DNA of 64,000 nt, taken from positions 2,196 through 66,195 of the forward strand of contig JACRAL010000028.1 of assembly GCA_016213435.1 (NCBI GenBank), in the 5' to 3' direction. Numbering within the stretch: position 1 is the first letter of the stretch; every line of letters begins with the position of its first letter. Made by a program: the position numbers and the translations under genes. The stretch comes from Bacteroidota bacterium. GTDB taxonomy: Bacteria > Bacteroidota > Bacteroidia > Palsa-948. The notes below the pieces were generated by a model. It saw only the letters and a program-made list of their open reading frames with translations, had not been told where the DNA came from and did not search any database. Below, one piece after another: positions 10,541 to 21,145 of this stretch.

Positions 10541-10600
10541 GTCATTCCGAACGTAGTGAGGAATCTCTTTGTGAGATTGCTTCGCTTCGCTCGCAATGAC
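10541..10600. repeat. Intergenic REP-like inverted repeat
   Basis: GTCATTCCGAACGTAGTGAGGAATCTC...GAGATTGCTTCGCTTCGCTCGCAATGAC; the ends pair imperfectly. Confidence 0.75.
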
Positions 10601-10603
10601 GAA

Positions 10604-10921
10604 TCAACCTTTCAATTTATTCAACACATCAATATCCGTAGAACCAGTATTTCTATAGATCATTACCAATATTGCTAATCCAACCGCAACTTCCGCAGCG
10701 GCAACTACCATCACGAAGAATACGAATACTTGTCCTGCGGGATCATTCCAATAGGATGAAAATGCCACAAGCAAAAGATTCACCGCATTCAGCATCAACT
10801 CTACCGACATGAAAATGACAATTGCATTTCTGCGGAACAATACTCCCAACACCCCAATGCAAAACAATACCGTGCTTAACAGAATGTAATTGGCAATTGG
10901 TATGCTTTGTATTGTACTCAT
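10604..10921 (-). CDS. nuoK: NADH-quinone oxidoreductase subunit K
   Basis: [29 protein letters not shown]. Confidence 0.96.
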   Translation of the reverse strand: MSTIQSIPIANYILLSTVLFCIGVLGVLFRRNAIVIFMSVELMLNAVNLLLVAFSSYWNDPAGQVFVFFVMVVAAAEVAVGLAILVMIYRNTGSTDIDVLNKLKG

Positions 10922-11415
10922 TTGATATCACGTTTTCCCAACATTACTGCCCCGACCATAGCCGCAAGAAAAAGCAATGAAGCTGTTTCAAAAGGCAATA
11001 AGAATTGAGTGAATAATACTTGTCCAAGATTTTTTACAAGACCCATATCTGCGTTGGTGGTTGCTGGCGCAGGCAAGGTTTCCGCTCCTTTCATGGCTGC
11101 AACTAATACCACAAGCAAAAGGCCTGCTGAAATAGCAGCGGCAAATTTTACAAGGTTGCTTTTATGAGGTTCGGTTTCCTTGTTAAGATTCAAGAGCATA
11201 ATGACAAACAGGAACAAAACCATGATGGCTCCTGCATAAACCATAATCTGTACAATAAAAAGGAACTGGGCGTTCAGCAAAAGATAATGACCTGCCAGTG
11301 CGAAAAATGTAATGATCAAATATAAAACACTGTGAACCGGATTTTTTTCCAAAATCACCATAAGTCCGCAAAGTATTGCGAGGAAAGCGAGGAAGTAGAA
11401 TAAGTACATTGTCAT
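10918..11415 (-). CDS. nuoJ: NADH-quinone oxidoreductase subunit J
   Basis: [29 protein letters not shown]. Confidence 0.96.
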   Translation of the reverse strand: MTMYLFYFLAFLAILCGLMVILEKNPVHSVLYLIITFFALAGHYLLLNAQFLFIVQIMVYAGAIMVLFLFVIMLLNLNKETEPHKSNLVKFAAAISAGLLLVVLVAAMKGAETLPAPATTNADMGLVKNLGQVLFTQFLLPFETASLLFLAAMVGAVMLGKRDIK

Positions 11416-11418
11416 ATA

Positions 11419-11454
11419 AAGCCCCTCCTAAATCCTCCCCGTTAGGGAGGACTT
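11419..11454. repeat. REP-like palindromic repeat, identical to 12125-12160
   Basis: AAGCCCCTCCTAAATCCTCCCCGTTAGGGAGGACTT. Confidence 0.85.
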
Positions 11455-11540
11455 AATACCATTTTTATTATTTATTATTTTCTTTTTCATTTTGCAGTTG
11501 TGCCCCGCTTTCTCCTCCCCAGTGGGGAGGTCGGGGCTCT

Positions 11541-12122
11541 TTATTTTAATCTGTTATGTTGCAACTCTTTACGCTTTTTAAACTCCAATACTTCTTTTGT
11601 TTGTCTTTGTGAAATATCAACGCGTTTGCTTGCTTCCATGGGTTCTACTAAAAGATCTTTTCCGTAAACAAAACGTTGACGCAAAGAATCTGAAGGAACA
11701 AGCCGGTCAGTAAGAAAGATTGATTCTTTCGGACAGGCATCTTCGCAATCACCGCAAAAAATACAGCGCAGCATATTTATTTCATAGGTAGAAGCATATT
11801 TTTCTTCGCGGTATAATTTTTCTTCTCCCGGTTTTCTTTCAGCAGCTACCATTGTAATGGCTTCAGCAGGACAAGCAACGGCACATAATCCGCAGGCAGT
11901 GCAACGCTCGGCACCATTCTCATCGCGCTTCAGCACGTGCATTCCCCTGTACACAGGAGCAAATGGGCGTTTTACTTCGGGATACTGAAACGTTACTTTC
12001 TTTTTAAAGAAGTGGCCCAGCGTGATTATCATTCCGCCAAAAATTGCAGGCAGATAAATCCTTTCCATAAAGGTCATTCCCTTGTTGCTGACTACTTTAC
12101 TTCTATTTGTTAATGATTGCAT
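11541..12122 (-). CDS. nuoI: NADH-quinone oxidoreductase subunit I
   Basis: Two 4Fe-4S motifs, CTACGLCAVACP and CIFCGDCEDACP. Confidence 0.96.
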   Translation of the reverse strand: MQSLTNRSKVVSNKGMTFMERIYLPAIFGGMIITLGHFFKKKVTFQYPEVKRPFAPVYRGMHVLKRDENGAERCTACGLCAVACPAEAITMVAAERKPGEEKLYREEKYASTYEINMLRCIFCGDCEDACPKESIFLTDRLVPSDSLRQRFVYGKDLLVEPMEASKRVDISQRQTKEVLEFKKRKELQHNRLK

Positions 12123-12124
12123 AT

Positions 12125-12160
12125 AAGCCCCTCCTAAATCCTCCCCGTTAGGGAGGACTT
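12125..12160. repeat. REP-like palindromic repeat, identical to 11419-11454
   Basis: Exact 36-bp copy. Confidence 0.85.
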
Positions 12161-12192
12161 GAAATCATTTTAATTATTTATTGTTCTCCCTT

Positions 12193-13221
12193 TCATATTT
12201 TCCCGGTGATCCACATCACAATTCCGGTTATTGCAATATTCAATATCGCCAAAGGTATTAACCCTTTCCATCCTAAATTCATTAGTTGGTCATAGCGGAA
12301 ACGAGGCAATGTCCATCGCACCCACATAAATACAAAGATGAAGAAACATATTTTACAAAAGAGAAAAAATGTTCCAAGCAATGCAAGCATATTCGGATCG
12401 TGAACGAATCTGCCGAGGAACGGCATGTTGTATCCGCCAAAATAAAGTGTAGCAAGTATGGCAGAGGAAATAAACATATTGGTGTATTCGGCAAAAAGAT
12501 AAAAGCCAAGTTTCATAGAAGAATATTCGGTGTGATAACCTCCGATCAATTCGCTTTCGCATTCCGGAAGATCAAAAGGAGCGCGATTGGTTTCAGCAAA
12601 TGCGCAGATGATAAAAATTAAAAATCCAAGCGGTTGATACAAAATATTCCAGTGCCAGCCATGCTGCTGTGCTGCGATCTCACCAATGCTCAGCGTTCCG
12701 GTTGTCATGATGAGCGCGATGATGCTCAGTCCCATTCCGATTTCATAGGAGATCATTTGCGAAGAAGCGCGCAAAGCACCAAGCAATGCAAACTTATTAT
12801 TGGAAGCCCAGCCTCCGATCATGATTCCGTAAACTCCAACCGAAGTTATTCCGAGCAGATAAAGTATTCCGATGTTAACATCAGCCACCTGTAAAGAATA
12901 CTGATGCCCGAGAATTGTAAGTGAAGTTCCCCAGGGAATTATAGCGCCCGTCATTAAAGAAGTGAACATGGCAACGGAGGGCCCGAGGATAAAAAGAAAT
13001 TTATTGGAAACATCCGGGATCATTTCCTCTTTCATGAACATCTTTACGCCATCAGCAACCGGCTGAAGGATTCCGAAAGGACCCGCTCTGTTGGGACCAA
13101 GTCGGTCTTGTATAAATCCGGCAATCTTTCTTTCGGCATAGGTAGAATACATTGCAGCGACAAGCGTAATGCAAAAGACAATGACAACAAGAATTGCTTT
13201 ATATATAATGTATTCGATCAT
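12193..13221 (-). CDS. nuoH: NADH-quinone oxidoreductase subunit H
   Basis: ERKIAGFIQDRLGPNRAGP, AETNRAPFDLPECESEL, RWTLPRFRYDQLM. Confidence 0.97.
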   Translation of the reverse strand: MIEYIIYKAILVVIVFCITLVAAMYSTYAERKIAGFIQDRLGPNRAGPFGILQPVADGVKMFMKEEMIPDVSNKFLFILGPSVAMFTSLMTGAIIPWGTSLTILGHQYSLQVADVNIGILYLLGITSVGVYGIMIGGWASNNKFALLGALRASSQMISYEIGMGLSIIALIMTTGTLSIGEIAAQQHGWHWNILYQPLGFLIFIICAFAETNRAPFDLPECESELIGGYHTEYSSMKLGFYLFAEYTNMFISSAILATLYFGGYNMPFLGRFVHDPNMLALLGTFFLFCKICFFIFVFMWVRWTLPRFRYDQLMNLGWKGLIPLAILNIAITGIVMWITGKI

Positions 13222-13246
13222 TTTCTTCTGTCCAATTATACAACAA

Positions 13247-14266
13247 CTACTGATTATTCGGATTCATCACACCTTGTCCGAGTGCAAATTTACTTTCTTT
13301 CAGATGTTTCTGATGCTTTTCTATATCTGATCTTAAATTTTCCAATGCTTTTTCTGTTTCGTAATGATTTGCCGAGATCACAGAATGATGATCAACATGC
13401 GAAGGCGTTTCTAAAACCCAATCACTTGTTTTCTTGTGGTCGAATCTACAAGAGTTGCATATCCAGTCTTCCACTTCTCCGTATTTATCTTTTCTCGCTG
13501 TAACGCGAAGAACTTCTTCCCCCTTATACCATAAACGAACTTTTCCGGAGCACTTATCGCAGGTGCGATGTGCATCTACAGGTTTTGTAAACCACACACG
13601 GCTTTTGAACCGGAAAGTTTTATCGGTGAGTGCACCAACAGGGCAAACATCGATCATGTTTCCGCTCATGTCTTTGTCAACAACATTCTCAATATAAGTT
13701 GAAATTTCAGCTACATCTCCTCGGTTGATCACGCCATGATTTCTGCAGGAACAAAGCTGATCGGCAACTTTCACACAGCGGTAGCATAAAATGCAGCGCG
13801 TCATGTGAAGTTTAATTTTATCTCCGATGTCTATTTTTTCAAATTCCCTGCGCTTGAATTCATAGCGCGTTTTCATTTTTCCGTGCTCGTAGCCCAGATC
13901 CTGAAGATGACATTCTCCCGCCTGGTCACATATCGGGCAATCGAGCGGATGATTGATCAAAAGAAACTCAGTAATACCGGCTCTTGCTTCCACCACTTCA
14001 GGTGAAGTGATGTTTTCAACCTCCATTCCATCCATGACTGTTTGGCGGCAGGATGGAACTAATTTCGGCATAGGGCGCGGATCTTTTTCAGAACCTTTTG
14101 ACACTTTCACCAAACATGTTCTGCAATAGCCGCCACTCGTTTTTAACTTGGAATAATAGCACATCGCAGGCGGAACAATATCTCCACCGATCATACGTGC
14201 GGCATTTAGGATCGTTGTTCCTTCAGGAACTTCAATTGATTTGCCGTCTATGGTAACTTTAGGCAT
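13247..14266 (-). CDS. nuoG: NADH-quinone oxidoreductase subunit G (short Fe-S-only form)
   Basis: CRTCLV, HPLDCPICDQAGEC, CILCYRC, CPVGAL; lacks the long molybdopterin-type C-terminal part. Confidence 0.92.
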   Translation of the reverse strand: MPKVTIDGKSIEVPEGTTILNAARMIGGDIVPPAMCYYSKLKTSGGYCRTCLVKVSKGSEKDPRPMPKLVPSCRQTVMDGMEVENITSPEVVEARAGITEFLLINHPLDCPICDQAGECHLQDLGYEHGKMKTRYEFKRREFEKIDIGDKIKLHMTRCILCYRCVKVADQLCSCRNHGVINRGDVAEISTYIENVVDKDMSGNMIDVCPVGALTDKTFRFKSRVWFTKPVDAHRTCDKCSGKVRLWYKGEEVLRVTARKDKYGEVEDWICNSCRFDHKKTSDWVLETPSHVDHHSVISANHYETEKALENLRSDIEKHQKHLKESKFALGQGVMNPNNQ

Positions 14267-14270
14267 ATTG

Positions 14271-14933
14271 CTAATTAATCTTTCCTTCTACAATTAATCC
14301 TTTTATTCCATCATTAAACTTCTTTTTGTTTCCATAAGAAGGATGAGGAACTTTATGGCAATTTATTTTTAATTGTTTCAGAATATCTTCTGCTGCGTTC
14401 CCAACAGCAACTACATTTTTAATCTTATAAAGTTCAAGTAATTTAGTTAAATATTTTTTCCCTATTTCAATCTCTGACTGTGTTGGCTTTCTGTTTTTTT
14501 TAGTATTTGGATCAAATGGATTGTAAGGGAATGCATTCCAAAGTAAAGGGCAAAAATTTAAATTAATAAGTGTATTCCAAACCATAGTCGCAGTTTTTTC
14601 TTTTTGAAGATTCTCGTTCAGTTTTACTGTTTTTCCATTCATTTCTATTTCTTTAGGAAACCCAAACAAATCAAATGAATTTATTTTTGACATAATGTTT
14701 TCACTTGTAAAAGGGATACCTGTAATTGCACATCCATCTTTTCCTGGTGCTTCTCCTACAAATAAAGTTTTTGGTTTTTTTTCTTTCATTTGGGTCAAAT
14801 AAACTAACAAATTCATTCTTGTAGTGAAGTACTGAGGAAAATTATCGTCTTCATGATAAAAATTAAAAACCTTTGACTTATCAACTTTCTGTTTTGATAA
14901 TTGGTCAATGAATTTTTCTATATTTTCTGCCAT
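14271..14933 (-). CDS. Uracil-DNA glycosylase superfamily protein
   Basis: VGEAPGKDG..ITGIPFT, EKTAT.VW, WNAFPY, AVG..A, PHPS; visibly more AT-rich than the flanking nuo genes. Confidence 0.85.
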   Translation of the reverse strand: MAENIEKFIDQLSKQKVDKSKVFNFYHEDDNFPQYFTTRMNLLVYLTQMKEKKPKTLFVGEAPGKDGCAITGIPFTSENIMSKINSFDLFGFPKEIEMNGKTVKLNENLQKEKTATMVWNTLINLNFCPLLWNAFPYNPFDPNTKKNRKPTQSEIEIGKKYLTKLLELYKIKNVVAVGNAAEDILKQLKINCHKVPHPSYGNKKKFNDGIKGLIVEGKIN

Positions 14934-16273
14934 TATGCTTCCTGCAATTTATTTATCCTATAATAATGCTTCACATCCGTCATGTATTTCCCTTTCTTCA
15001 CATATTCTTCAAACTCGCTTCTGAAATGGCGGATGGCTGCAGCCACAGGCCACGCAGCAGCTTCGCCCAGCGGACAAATTGTTTTGCCTTCAATTTTTCC
15101 TTGTATATCCCAGAGCAGATCAATGTCAGCCATTGTTGCGCGTCCTTCCAGAAATTTATGGAGAATTTTTTCCATCCATCCTGTTCCTTCGCGGCAGGGA
15201 GAACATTGTCCGCAACTTTCATGATGATAGAAGCGTGTGAAGTTCCAGAGATTTTTTACGATGCTGGTATCTTCGTCCATCACAATGAAACCTCCTGAGC
15301 CAAGCATGGTTCCGGTTTGGAAACCTCCTTCAGAAAGTGATTCGTAAGACATTAATCTTGGTTCGCCTTTAGCAGTTTTTAGGATGAGTTCAGCAGGAAG
15401 GATTGGCACCGAAGAACCTCCTGCCACCACTGCTTTCAGTTTTTTTCCATTACGGATTCCTCCGCAATAATCATCGGAATAAATAAATTCTTCTACCGGT
15501 ACTCCGAGTTCAATTTCGTAAACGCCCGGTTTATTAATATGTCCTGAAGCTGAAATTAATTTTGTTCCGGTTGATTTTCCGATCCCGATCTTGGCATATT
15601 CATCACCGCTGTTATTGACGATCCACGCAACATTGGCAAGAGATTCCACATTATTAACTACAGTGGGGCATCCATATAAGCCTACTACAGCAGGAAACGG
15701 AGGTTTGATTCTTGGATTTCCTCTTTTTCCCTCCAGCGATTCGATCAATCCTGTTTCTTCTCCGCAGATGTATGCGCCTGCTCCGCAGTGAACGTGTAGA
15801 TCCAGATCATATCCGCTTCCTAAAATATTTTTTCCGAGATACCCTGCATCGTATGCTTCCTGAATTGCTTTTTCGAGGATATGAAACACATACATCATTT
15901 CTCCTCTTATATATACGTAGGAAGTATTAGCACCCAAAGCAAAAGAAGAAATGATCATACCTTCTATAAGGATATGTGGTTTCTTCTCCATTAAATAACG
16001 ATCCTTGAAAGTTCCAGGCTCAGATTCATCGGCATTGCAAACAAGGTAGCGCGGAACTCCGGGAGGTTTCGCAATGAAACTCCATTTCATTCCCATCGGG
16101 AATCCTGCACCGCCTCTTCCACGAATGCCCGATTTTTTCACCTCTTCTACAATCTCTTCGGGCTTCATCTTCAGCGCTTTTTCAATAGCGGTATATCCGC
16201 CATGCGCTTTGTAACCGGCAAGTGTGTCGATGCCTGCTTTATCTAAATCGTTTATGAGAATCTGTTTACTCAT
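14933..16273 (-). CDS. nuoF: NADH-quinone oxidoreductase subunit F
   Basis: GRGGAGF, NADESEPGTFKDR, GAGAYICGEET, ESCGQCSPCREG. Confidence 0.97.
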   Translation of the reverse strand: MSKQILINDLDKAGIDTLAGYKAHGGYTAIEKALKMKPEEIVEEVKKSGIRGRGGAGFPMGMKWSFIAKPPGVPRYLVCNADESEPGTFKDRYLMEKKPHILIEGMIISSFALGANTSYVYIRGEMMYVFHILEKAIQEAYDAGYLGKNILGSGYDLDLHVHCGAGAYICGEETGLIESLEGKRGNPRIKPPFPAVVGLYGCPTVVNNVESLANVAWIVNNSGDEYAKIGIGKSTGTKLISASGHINKPGVYEIELGVPVEEFIYSDDYCGGIRNGKKLKAVVAGGSSVPILPAELILKTAKGEPRLMSYESLSEGGFQTGTMLGSGGFIVMDEDTSIVKNLWNFTRFYHHESCGQCSPCREGTGWMEKILHKFLEGRATMADIDLLWDIQGKIEGKTICPLGEAAAWPVAAAIRHFRSEFEEYVKKGKYMTDVKHYYRINKLQEA

Positions 16274-16316
16274 TTAGCCTATCCTAAATCCTTCCCAAAG
16301 GGAAGCATTTTTATTT

Positions 16317-16913
16317 TTATTGATGAATATCCGTATGATGCTTAATTCTTTCTTTTCTCCAGTGAGAAACATCTTCCCCTTTGTTTTTGTATTCGTCCAG
16401 AATAGTATCGCATTTTTCAAAAGTCAGATTCTCGTGATATTTTTCTCCTATCTGCATCATGGGTGCTGTTCCGCAGGATGCAAGGCACTCCACGGTTTTC
16501 AATGTAAACATCCCGTCAGGAGTTGTTTGTCCTTCTTTGATGCCTAATTTTTTTTCGATGAACTTTACCAGATCTTCAGCGCCCATCAGCCAGCAAGGTC
16601 CGGTTCGGCAAACTTCAATTACACATTTGCCAACAGGCTTTAGGTTGAACATGGAATAGAAAGAAGCTACTTCATAAACTTCAACAGGTTGAATCTTCAG
16701 AAGTGTAGCTACGTAATCCATCACTTCAACACTTAACCATCCGTTGAATTCTGCTTGGGCAATATGAAGAATAGGGAGGATGGCAGACTTCTGCCTTTTG
16801 TCCGGATAACGCTTCATTATCTTCTCTGCGAGAGCAAGAGCATCGTCTGAAAATCTCACATGCTTCTTGCCGGAATATTTTGAAGCGGATGGATCCTGTT
16901 GCATAGGCGACAA
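16317..16913 (-). CDS. nuoE: NADH-quinone oxidoreductase subunit E
   Basis: EVASFYSMF, CRTGPC, ECLASCGTAP; start may be the ATG at 16904. Confidence 0.94.
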   Translation of the reverse strand: MSPMQQDPSASKYSGKKHVRFSDDALALAEKIMKRYPDKRQKSAILPILHIAQAEFNGWLSVEVMDYVATLLKIQPVEVYEVASFYSMFNLKPVGKCVIEVCRTGPCWLMGAEDLVKFIEKKLGIKEGQTTPDGMFTLKTVECLASCGTAPMMQIGEKYHENLTFEKCDTILDEYKNKGEDVSHWRKERIKHHTDIHQ

Positions 16914-16985
16914 ATCTATTTATTTATTTTAGATGGAAACATGATTTTTTTCATGGTCATAAATTTGGGGCTACGCTTATACTTT

Positions 16986-16993
16986 TAACTTTG
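16986..16993 (+). promoter_or_regulatory. Bacteroidota sigma-A -7 box (TAnnTTTG) upstream of ridA-ileS
   Basis: TAACTTTG in the divergent intergenic region. Confidence 0.5.
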
Positions 16994-17126
16994 TCATCCT
17001 TTTTATCTTTATCTGCTGAAATACGAACCAGTACGAATTTGCCAATGAAAATCAAAATATCAATACACATCGGCTGGTATTAGTAGATTAGTATCAATTC
17101 GTAATTTAGTAGAGGTCAGTATTAAC

Positions 17127-17543
17127 ATGAACAAGAACGAAATAAACTCTAGTAAAGCCCCGGAACCGGTCGGTTTATATCCTCATGCGAGGAAAGTGGG
17201 AAATCTGCTCTTTCTTTCTGGTGTTGGCCCCCGTGAAAGAGGAAGCAAAAAAATTCCGGGCGTTGAACTGAACGCCAAAGGCAAGATTGTAACCTATAAT
17301 ATAGAAGAACAATGCCACAGTGTTTTTAAGAATGTGAAATATATTCTGGAGGAAGCGGGCAGCAGCTGGGATAAGATCGTGGATGTAACGGTTTATCTGA
17401 CGAATATGAAAGATGATTTTCCTAAGTATAATAAATTGTGGGCGGAGTATTTTGCAAATAATCCTCCTTGCCGCACCACGCTTGAAATAAATTGTTTGCC
17501 CACTCCCATTGCGATTGAATTGAAAGTGGTTGCTACTATATAA
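17127..17543 (+). CDS. RidA/YjgF family deaminase
   Basis: APEPVGLYPHA, LFLSGVGP, PCRTT, IELKVVA. Confidence 0.92.
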   Translation: MNKNEINSSKAPEPVGLYPHARKVGNLLFLSGVGPRERGSKKIPGVELNAKGKIVTYNIEEQCHSVFKNVKYILEEAGSSWDKIVDVTVYLTNMKDDFPKYNKLWAEYFANNPPCRTTLEINCLPTPIAIELKVVATI

Positions 17544-20500
17544 ATGAGTAAATACACAGAATATAAAAACCTGAACCTTCCCGAAATAGGAAAGGAAATT
17601 CTTGATCTGTGGGAGAAAAACCACACCTTTGAAAAGAGCGTTACCTCGCGTGAAGGAGCTGAGCCCTTTGTTTTTTATGAAGGACCTCCATCAGCCAACG
17701 GCATGCCCGGCATTCATCACGTGATGGCACGAACCATAAAGGATTTATTCTGCCGTTACCAGACTTTAAAAGGAAAACAGGTAAAACGTAAAGCGGGTTG
17801 GGACACGCACGGGCTTCCGATCGAATTGGCGGTGGAAAAAACCTTAGGCATCACCAAGGAAGACATCGGAAAAAAAATCTCCATTGAAGATTACAACAAG
17901 GCATGCAGGACAGAGGTGATGAAGTATCAGGACAAATGGGAAGAAGTTACCCGTTTGATGGGATATTGGGTGGACATGAAACATCCGTATGTCACTTACG
18001 AAAACAATTACATCGAAAGTGTTTGGTGGCTGCTGAAAAAACTGTACGACAAAAAACTATTATATAAAGGATATACCATTCAGCCGTATTCTCCTGCTGC
18101 GGGAACGGGATTGAGTACGCATGAATTGAACCAACCGGGATGTTACAGGAATGTGAGGGATACGACTGCTGTGGCAATGTTCCGCCTCATCCCCAACCCT
18201 TCTCCGAAGGAGAAGGGAGAAATCCTCTCCTTTGGAGAGGATTTAGGTGAGGCGTATTTTCTTGCGTGGACGACAACTCCTTGGACTCTACCTTCGAATA
18301 CAGCCTTGGCTGTAGGAAAGAACATCAATTATGTTTTGATTGCTACCTTTAATCGTTTTACGTGGAAGAAATGTTTTGTGATTCTCGCGGAGGATTTATT
18401 TGGGAAGTATTTTCAGCGAATTGCAATTATTGGAAATTATACAGAAGAAGAAATTTTCAAAATACAAAACCCGTCTATTGCAGAGGCATTAAACCGCTTA
18501 GACAATCATCCGAAAGAGAAGAGAATTATTAACGGGCACGAATTAATCGGAGTTATTGTCTCAAGATTCACAGGAAAAGATATCGAAGGAATCCACTACG
18601 AACAACTTCTCCCTTTTAAAGCAAATGAAAAAGTGGAGTTGAACGGCAAACTCCTCCCCTTTGGGGAGGCGGGAGGGGCCGTTATTCTTGGAGATTTCGT
18701 TACCACCGAAGACGGAACCGGAATCGTTCACATAGCTCCAAGTTTTGGCGCGGATGACTTTAGAGTTGCGAAACAAAACGGAATTGGTTCGCTTACGCTG
18801 GTTGACAGGCGCGGAAAATTTTTTCCGGAAGTAAGAGATGATGTTTTTCTCTATGGAGACGAGTATGTGAAAGCAGAATATCTCACGGATACAGAAAAGC
18901 AAATTGAATTCCAAAAACAAAAAAAAGTTTTAGAAGCAGCTGGAAAAATTAAAGAACTGAAAGAATATCTAAGCGTTGATGAGCGCATTGTGCTGAAACT
19001 TCAGGAAGAAGGAAAGCTTTTTAAAAAAGAAAAATACGAGCACAGCTATCCTCATTGCTGGCGCACGGACAAACCTATTTTATATTATCCGCTTGACAGT
19101 TGGTTCGTGAAAGTGACTGAGTACAAAGACAGAATGGTAGAACTCAATAAAACCATCAACTGGAAACCGGCACATACAGGTACAGGGCGTTTTGGTGAGT
19201 GGCTGAACAATTTGCAGGATTGGAATTTGTCGCGCTCGCGCTTCTGGGGAATTCCGCTTCCGATCTGGAGAACAGAAGATGGCAAGGAAGAAAAAATTAT
19301 TGGTTCGGTGGATGATTTGAGAAAGGAAGTTAATAAAGCAGTACAGTCTGGTTTTATGAAGGTGTCCCCCTTTGAAGGGAGTGAGGAGGATGTGGATTTA
19401 CACAAACCGTATATCGACAGAGTATTTCTTGTTTCCGATTCAGGGAAAAAAATGACTCGTGAGTCAGATCTGATTGATGTCTGGTTCGATTCAGGCGCAA
19501 TGCCCTATGCTCAATGGCATTATCCGTTCGAAAATAAAGAAATGATTGATTCTCTCCCCTCTCCTGTGGGAGAGGGGTCTGGGGTGAGGCGGACCGGGGC
19601 TGCTTTCCCTGCCGACTTTATTGCAGAAGGAGTTGACCAAACCCGTGGATGGTTTTACACACTTCACGCTATTGCAGCTTTGTGTTTTGATTCGGTCGCT
19701 TATAAAAATGTGCTGAGCAATGGGTTGGTACTTGACAAGAATGGAAACAAGATGAGCAAACGCCTCGGCAATGCCGTTGATCCGTTCTCCACGCTTGAAA
19801 AATATGGTCCCGATGCGGTGCGCTGGTACATGGTCACAAATGCCGATCCTTGGGATAATTTAAAATTTGATTTGGAAGGAGTAGCAGAAAAGCAAAGAAG
19901 TTTTTTCGGAACGCTTTATAATACCTATGCTTTCTTTGCCCTTTATGCGAACATTGACAATTTCTCTTTTAAAGAAAAAGAAATTCCATTAAAAGACAAA
20001 CCCGAAATTGACCGATGGATTTTGTCAGAACTCAATTCGCTGATAAAATCGGTGGATGAAAGTTACAGCAGTTATGAGCCAACAAAAGCAGGCAGAGCGA
20101 TCGAAACTTTTGTGGACGAGCATTTGAGTAATTGGTATGTTCGTTTGTGCAGAAGGAGATTCTGGAAAGGAGAATACACACAGGATAAAATTTCTGCTTA
20201 TCAAACCTTATATCGTTGTCTGGAAGTGGTTGCGCAGCTTTCTTCGCCTATTGCACCTTTCTTCTGCGAGAAATTATTTAAAGACCTGAACGATATAACC
20301 GGAAGACAGAAAGCGGAGAGCGTGCATCTGAGTTTATTTCCAAAGATGGATGAGAGCTCTATTGATAAACCGCTGGAAGAGAGAATGGAAATAGCTCAGA
20401 AAATTTCTTCGATGATTCTTTCTATCCGGAAAAAGGAAAATATCCGTGTTCGTCAGCCACTTACAAAGATTCGAGTTCCGATATTGGATGATTCGTTCAA

Positions 20501-21134
20501 GAAAAAGCTGGAGCTTGTGAAAGATTTGATCCTTTCGGAAGTAAATGTAAAGGAGATTGAATATGTTGGAGAAGACGATGTACAAATCGTGAAAAACCTG
20601 AAGCTGAATTTCAAAACACTAGGTAAGAAATGTGGCAAACACATGAAAGCTGTTCAAGCGCATGCAACCGATCCTATTTATGCAAAACTTATTATCCAAT
20701 CTATTTCAAAAAATGATAGTTACGAAATAAAAATAGAGAACGAAACAATAGAACTTCTTCCTGAAGATGTTGAGATCATTCCGGTTGACATTCCGGGCTG
20801 GAAAGTGGCTAACAGCGGTGCGCTTACGGTCGCACTTGACATCACGCTTACCGAAAAATTAAAGGAGGAAGGAATAGCAAGGGAAATCGTAAATCGCATT
20901 CAGAATCTGCGAAAAGAGAAGAAATTTGAGGTTACAGATAAGATAGAAGTAAGGATAAAAGATCACAAGAAAATAAATTCAGCCATTTTAAATAATTTAG
21001 ATTACATTCGCGCGGAAATTTTGGCAAATACGTTTGAGATCGTCAGCGAGATTAATGGAAACGGCATTGAGATTGAAGTAGATGAAGAGATAAAAACAAT
21101 GGTCGAGATTGACCGCATTAAACAGTTAAACTAA
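17544..21134 (+). CDS. ileS: Isoleucine--tRNA ligase
   Basis: EGPPSANGMPGIHH, GWDTHGLP, WTTTPWT, GTGIVH, KMSKR. Confidence 0.98.
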   Translation: MSKYTEYKNLNLPEIGKEILDLWEKNHTFEKSVTSREGAEPFVFYEGPPSANGMPGIHHVMARTIKDLFCRYQTLKGKQVKRKAGWDTHGLPIELAVEKTLGITKEDIGKKISIEDYNKACRTEVMKYQDKWEEVTRLMGYWVDMKHPYVTYENNYIESVWWLLKKLYDKKLLYKGYTIQPYSPAAGTGLSTHELNQPGCYRNVRDTTAVAMFRLIPNPSPKEKGEILSFGEDLGEAYFLAWTTTPWTLPSNTALAVGKNINYVLIATFNRFTWKKCFVILAEDLFGKYFQRIAIIGNYTEEEIFKIQNPSIAEALNRLDNHPKEKRIINGHELIGVIVSRFTGKDIEGIHYEQLLPFKANEKVELNGKLLPFGEAGGAVILGDFVTTEDGTGIVHIAPSFGADDFRVAKQNGIGSLTLVDRRGKFFPEVRDDVFLYGDEYVKAEYLTDTEKQIEFQKQKKVLEAAGKIKELKEYLSVDERIVLKLQEEGKLFKKEKYEHSYPHCWRTDKPILYYPLDSWFVKVTEYKDRMVELNKTINWKPAHTGTGRFGEWLNNLQDWNLSRSRFWGIPLPIWRTEDGKEEKIIGSVDDLRKEVNKAVQSGFMKVSPFEGSEEDVDLHKPYIDRVFLVSDSGKKMTRESDLIDVWFDSGAMPYAQWHYPFENKEMIDSLPSPVGEGSGVRRTGAAFPADFIAEGVDQTRGWFYTLHAIAALCFDSVAYKNVLSNGLVLDKNGNKMSKRLGNAVDPFSTLEKYGPDAVRWYMVTNADPWDNLKFDLEGVAEKQRSFFGTLYNTYAFFALYANIDNFSFKEKEIPLKDKPEIDRWILSELNSLIKSVDESYSSYEPTKAGRAIETFVDEHLSNWYVRLCRRRFWKGEYTQDKISAYQTLYRCLEVVAQLSSPIAPFFCEKLFKDLNDITGRQKAESVHLSLFPKMDESSIDKPLEERMEIAQKISSMILSIRKKENIRVRQPLTKIRVPILDDSFKKKLELVKDLILSEVNVKEIEYVGEDDVQIVKNLKLNFKTLGKKCGKHMKAVQAHATDPIYAKLIIQSISKNDSYEIKIENETIELLPEDVEIIPVDIPGWKVANSGALTVALDITLTEKLKEEGIAREIVNRIQNLRKEKKFEVTDKIEVRIKDHKKINSAILNNLDYIRAEILANTFEIVSEINGNGIEIEVDEEIKTMVEIDRIKQLN

Positions 21135-21145
21135 TTTTTATCACC

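Noticed and set aside
13247..14266. nuoG as a truncated pseudogene
   Set aside because: Fe-S motifs are intact with a clean stop; a short NuoG is normal in aerobic Bacteroidota.
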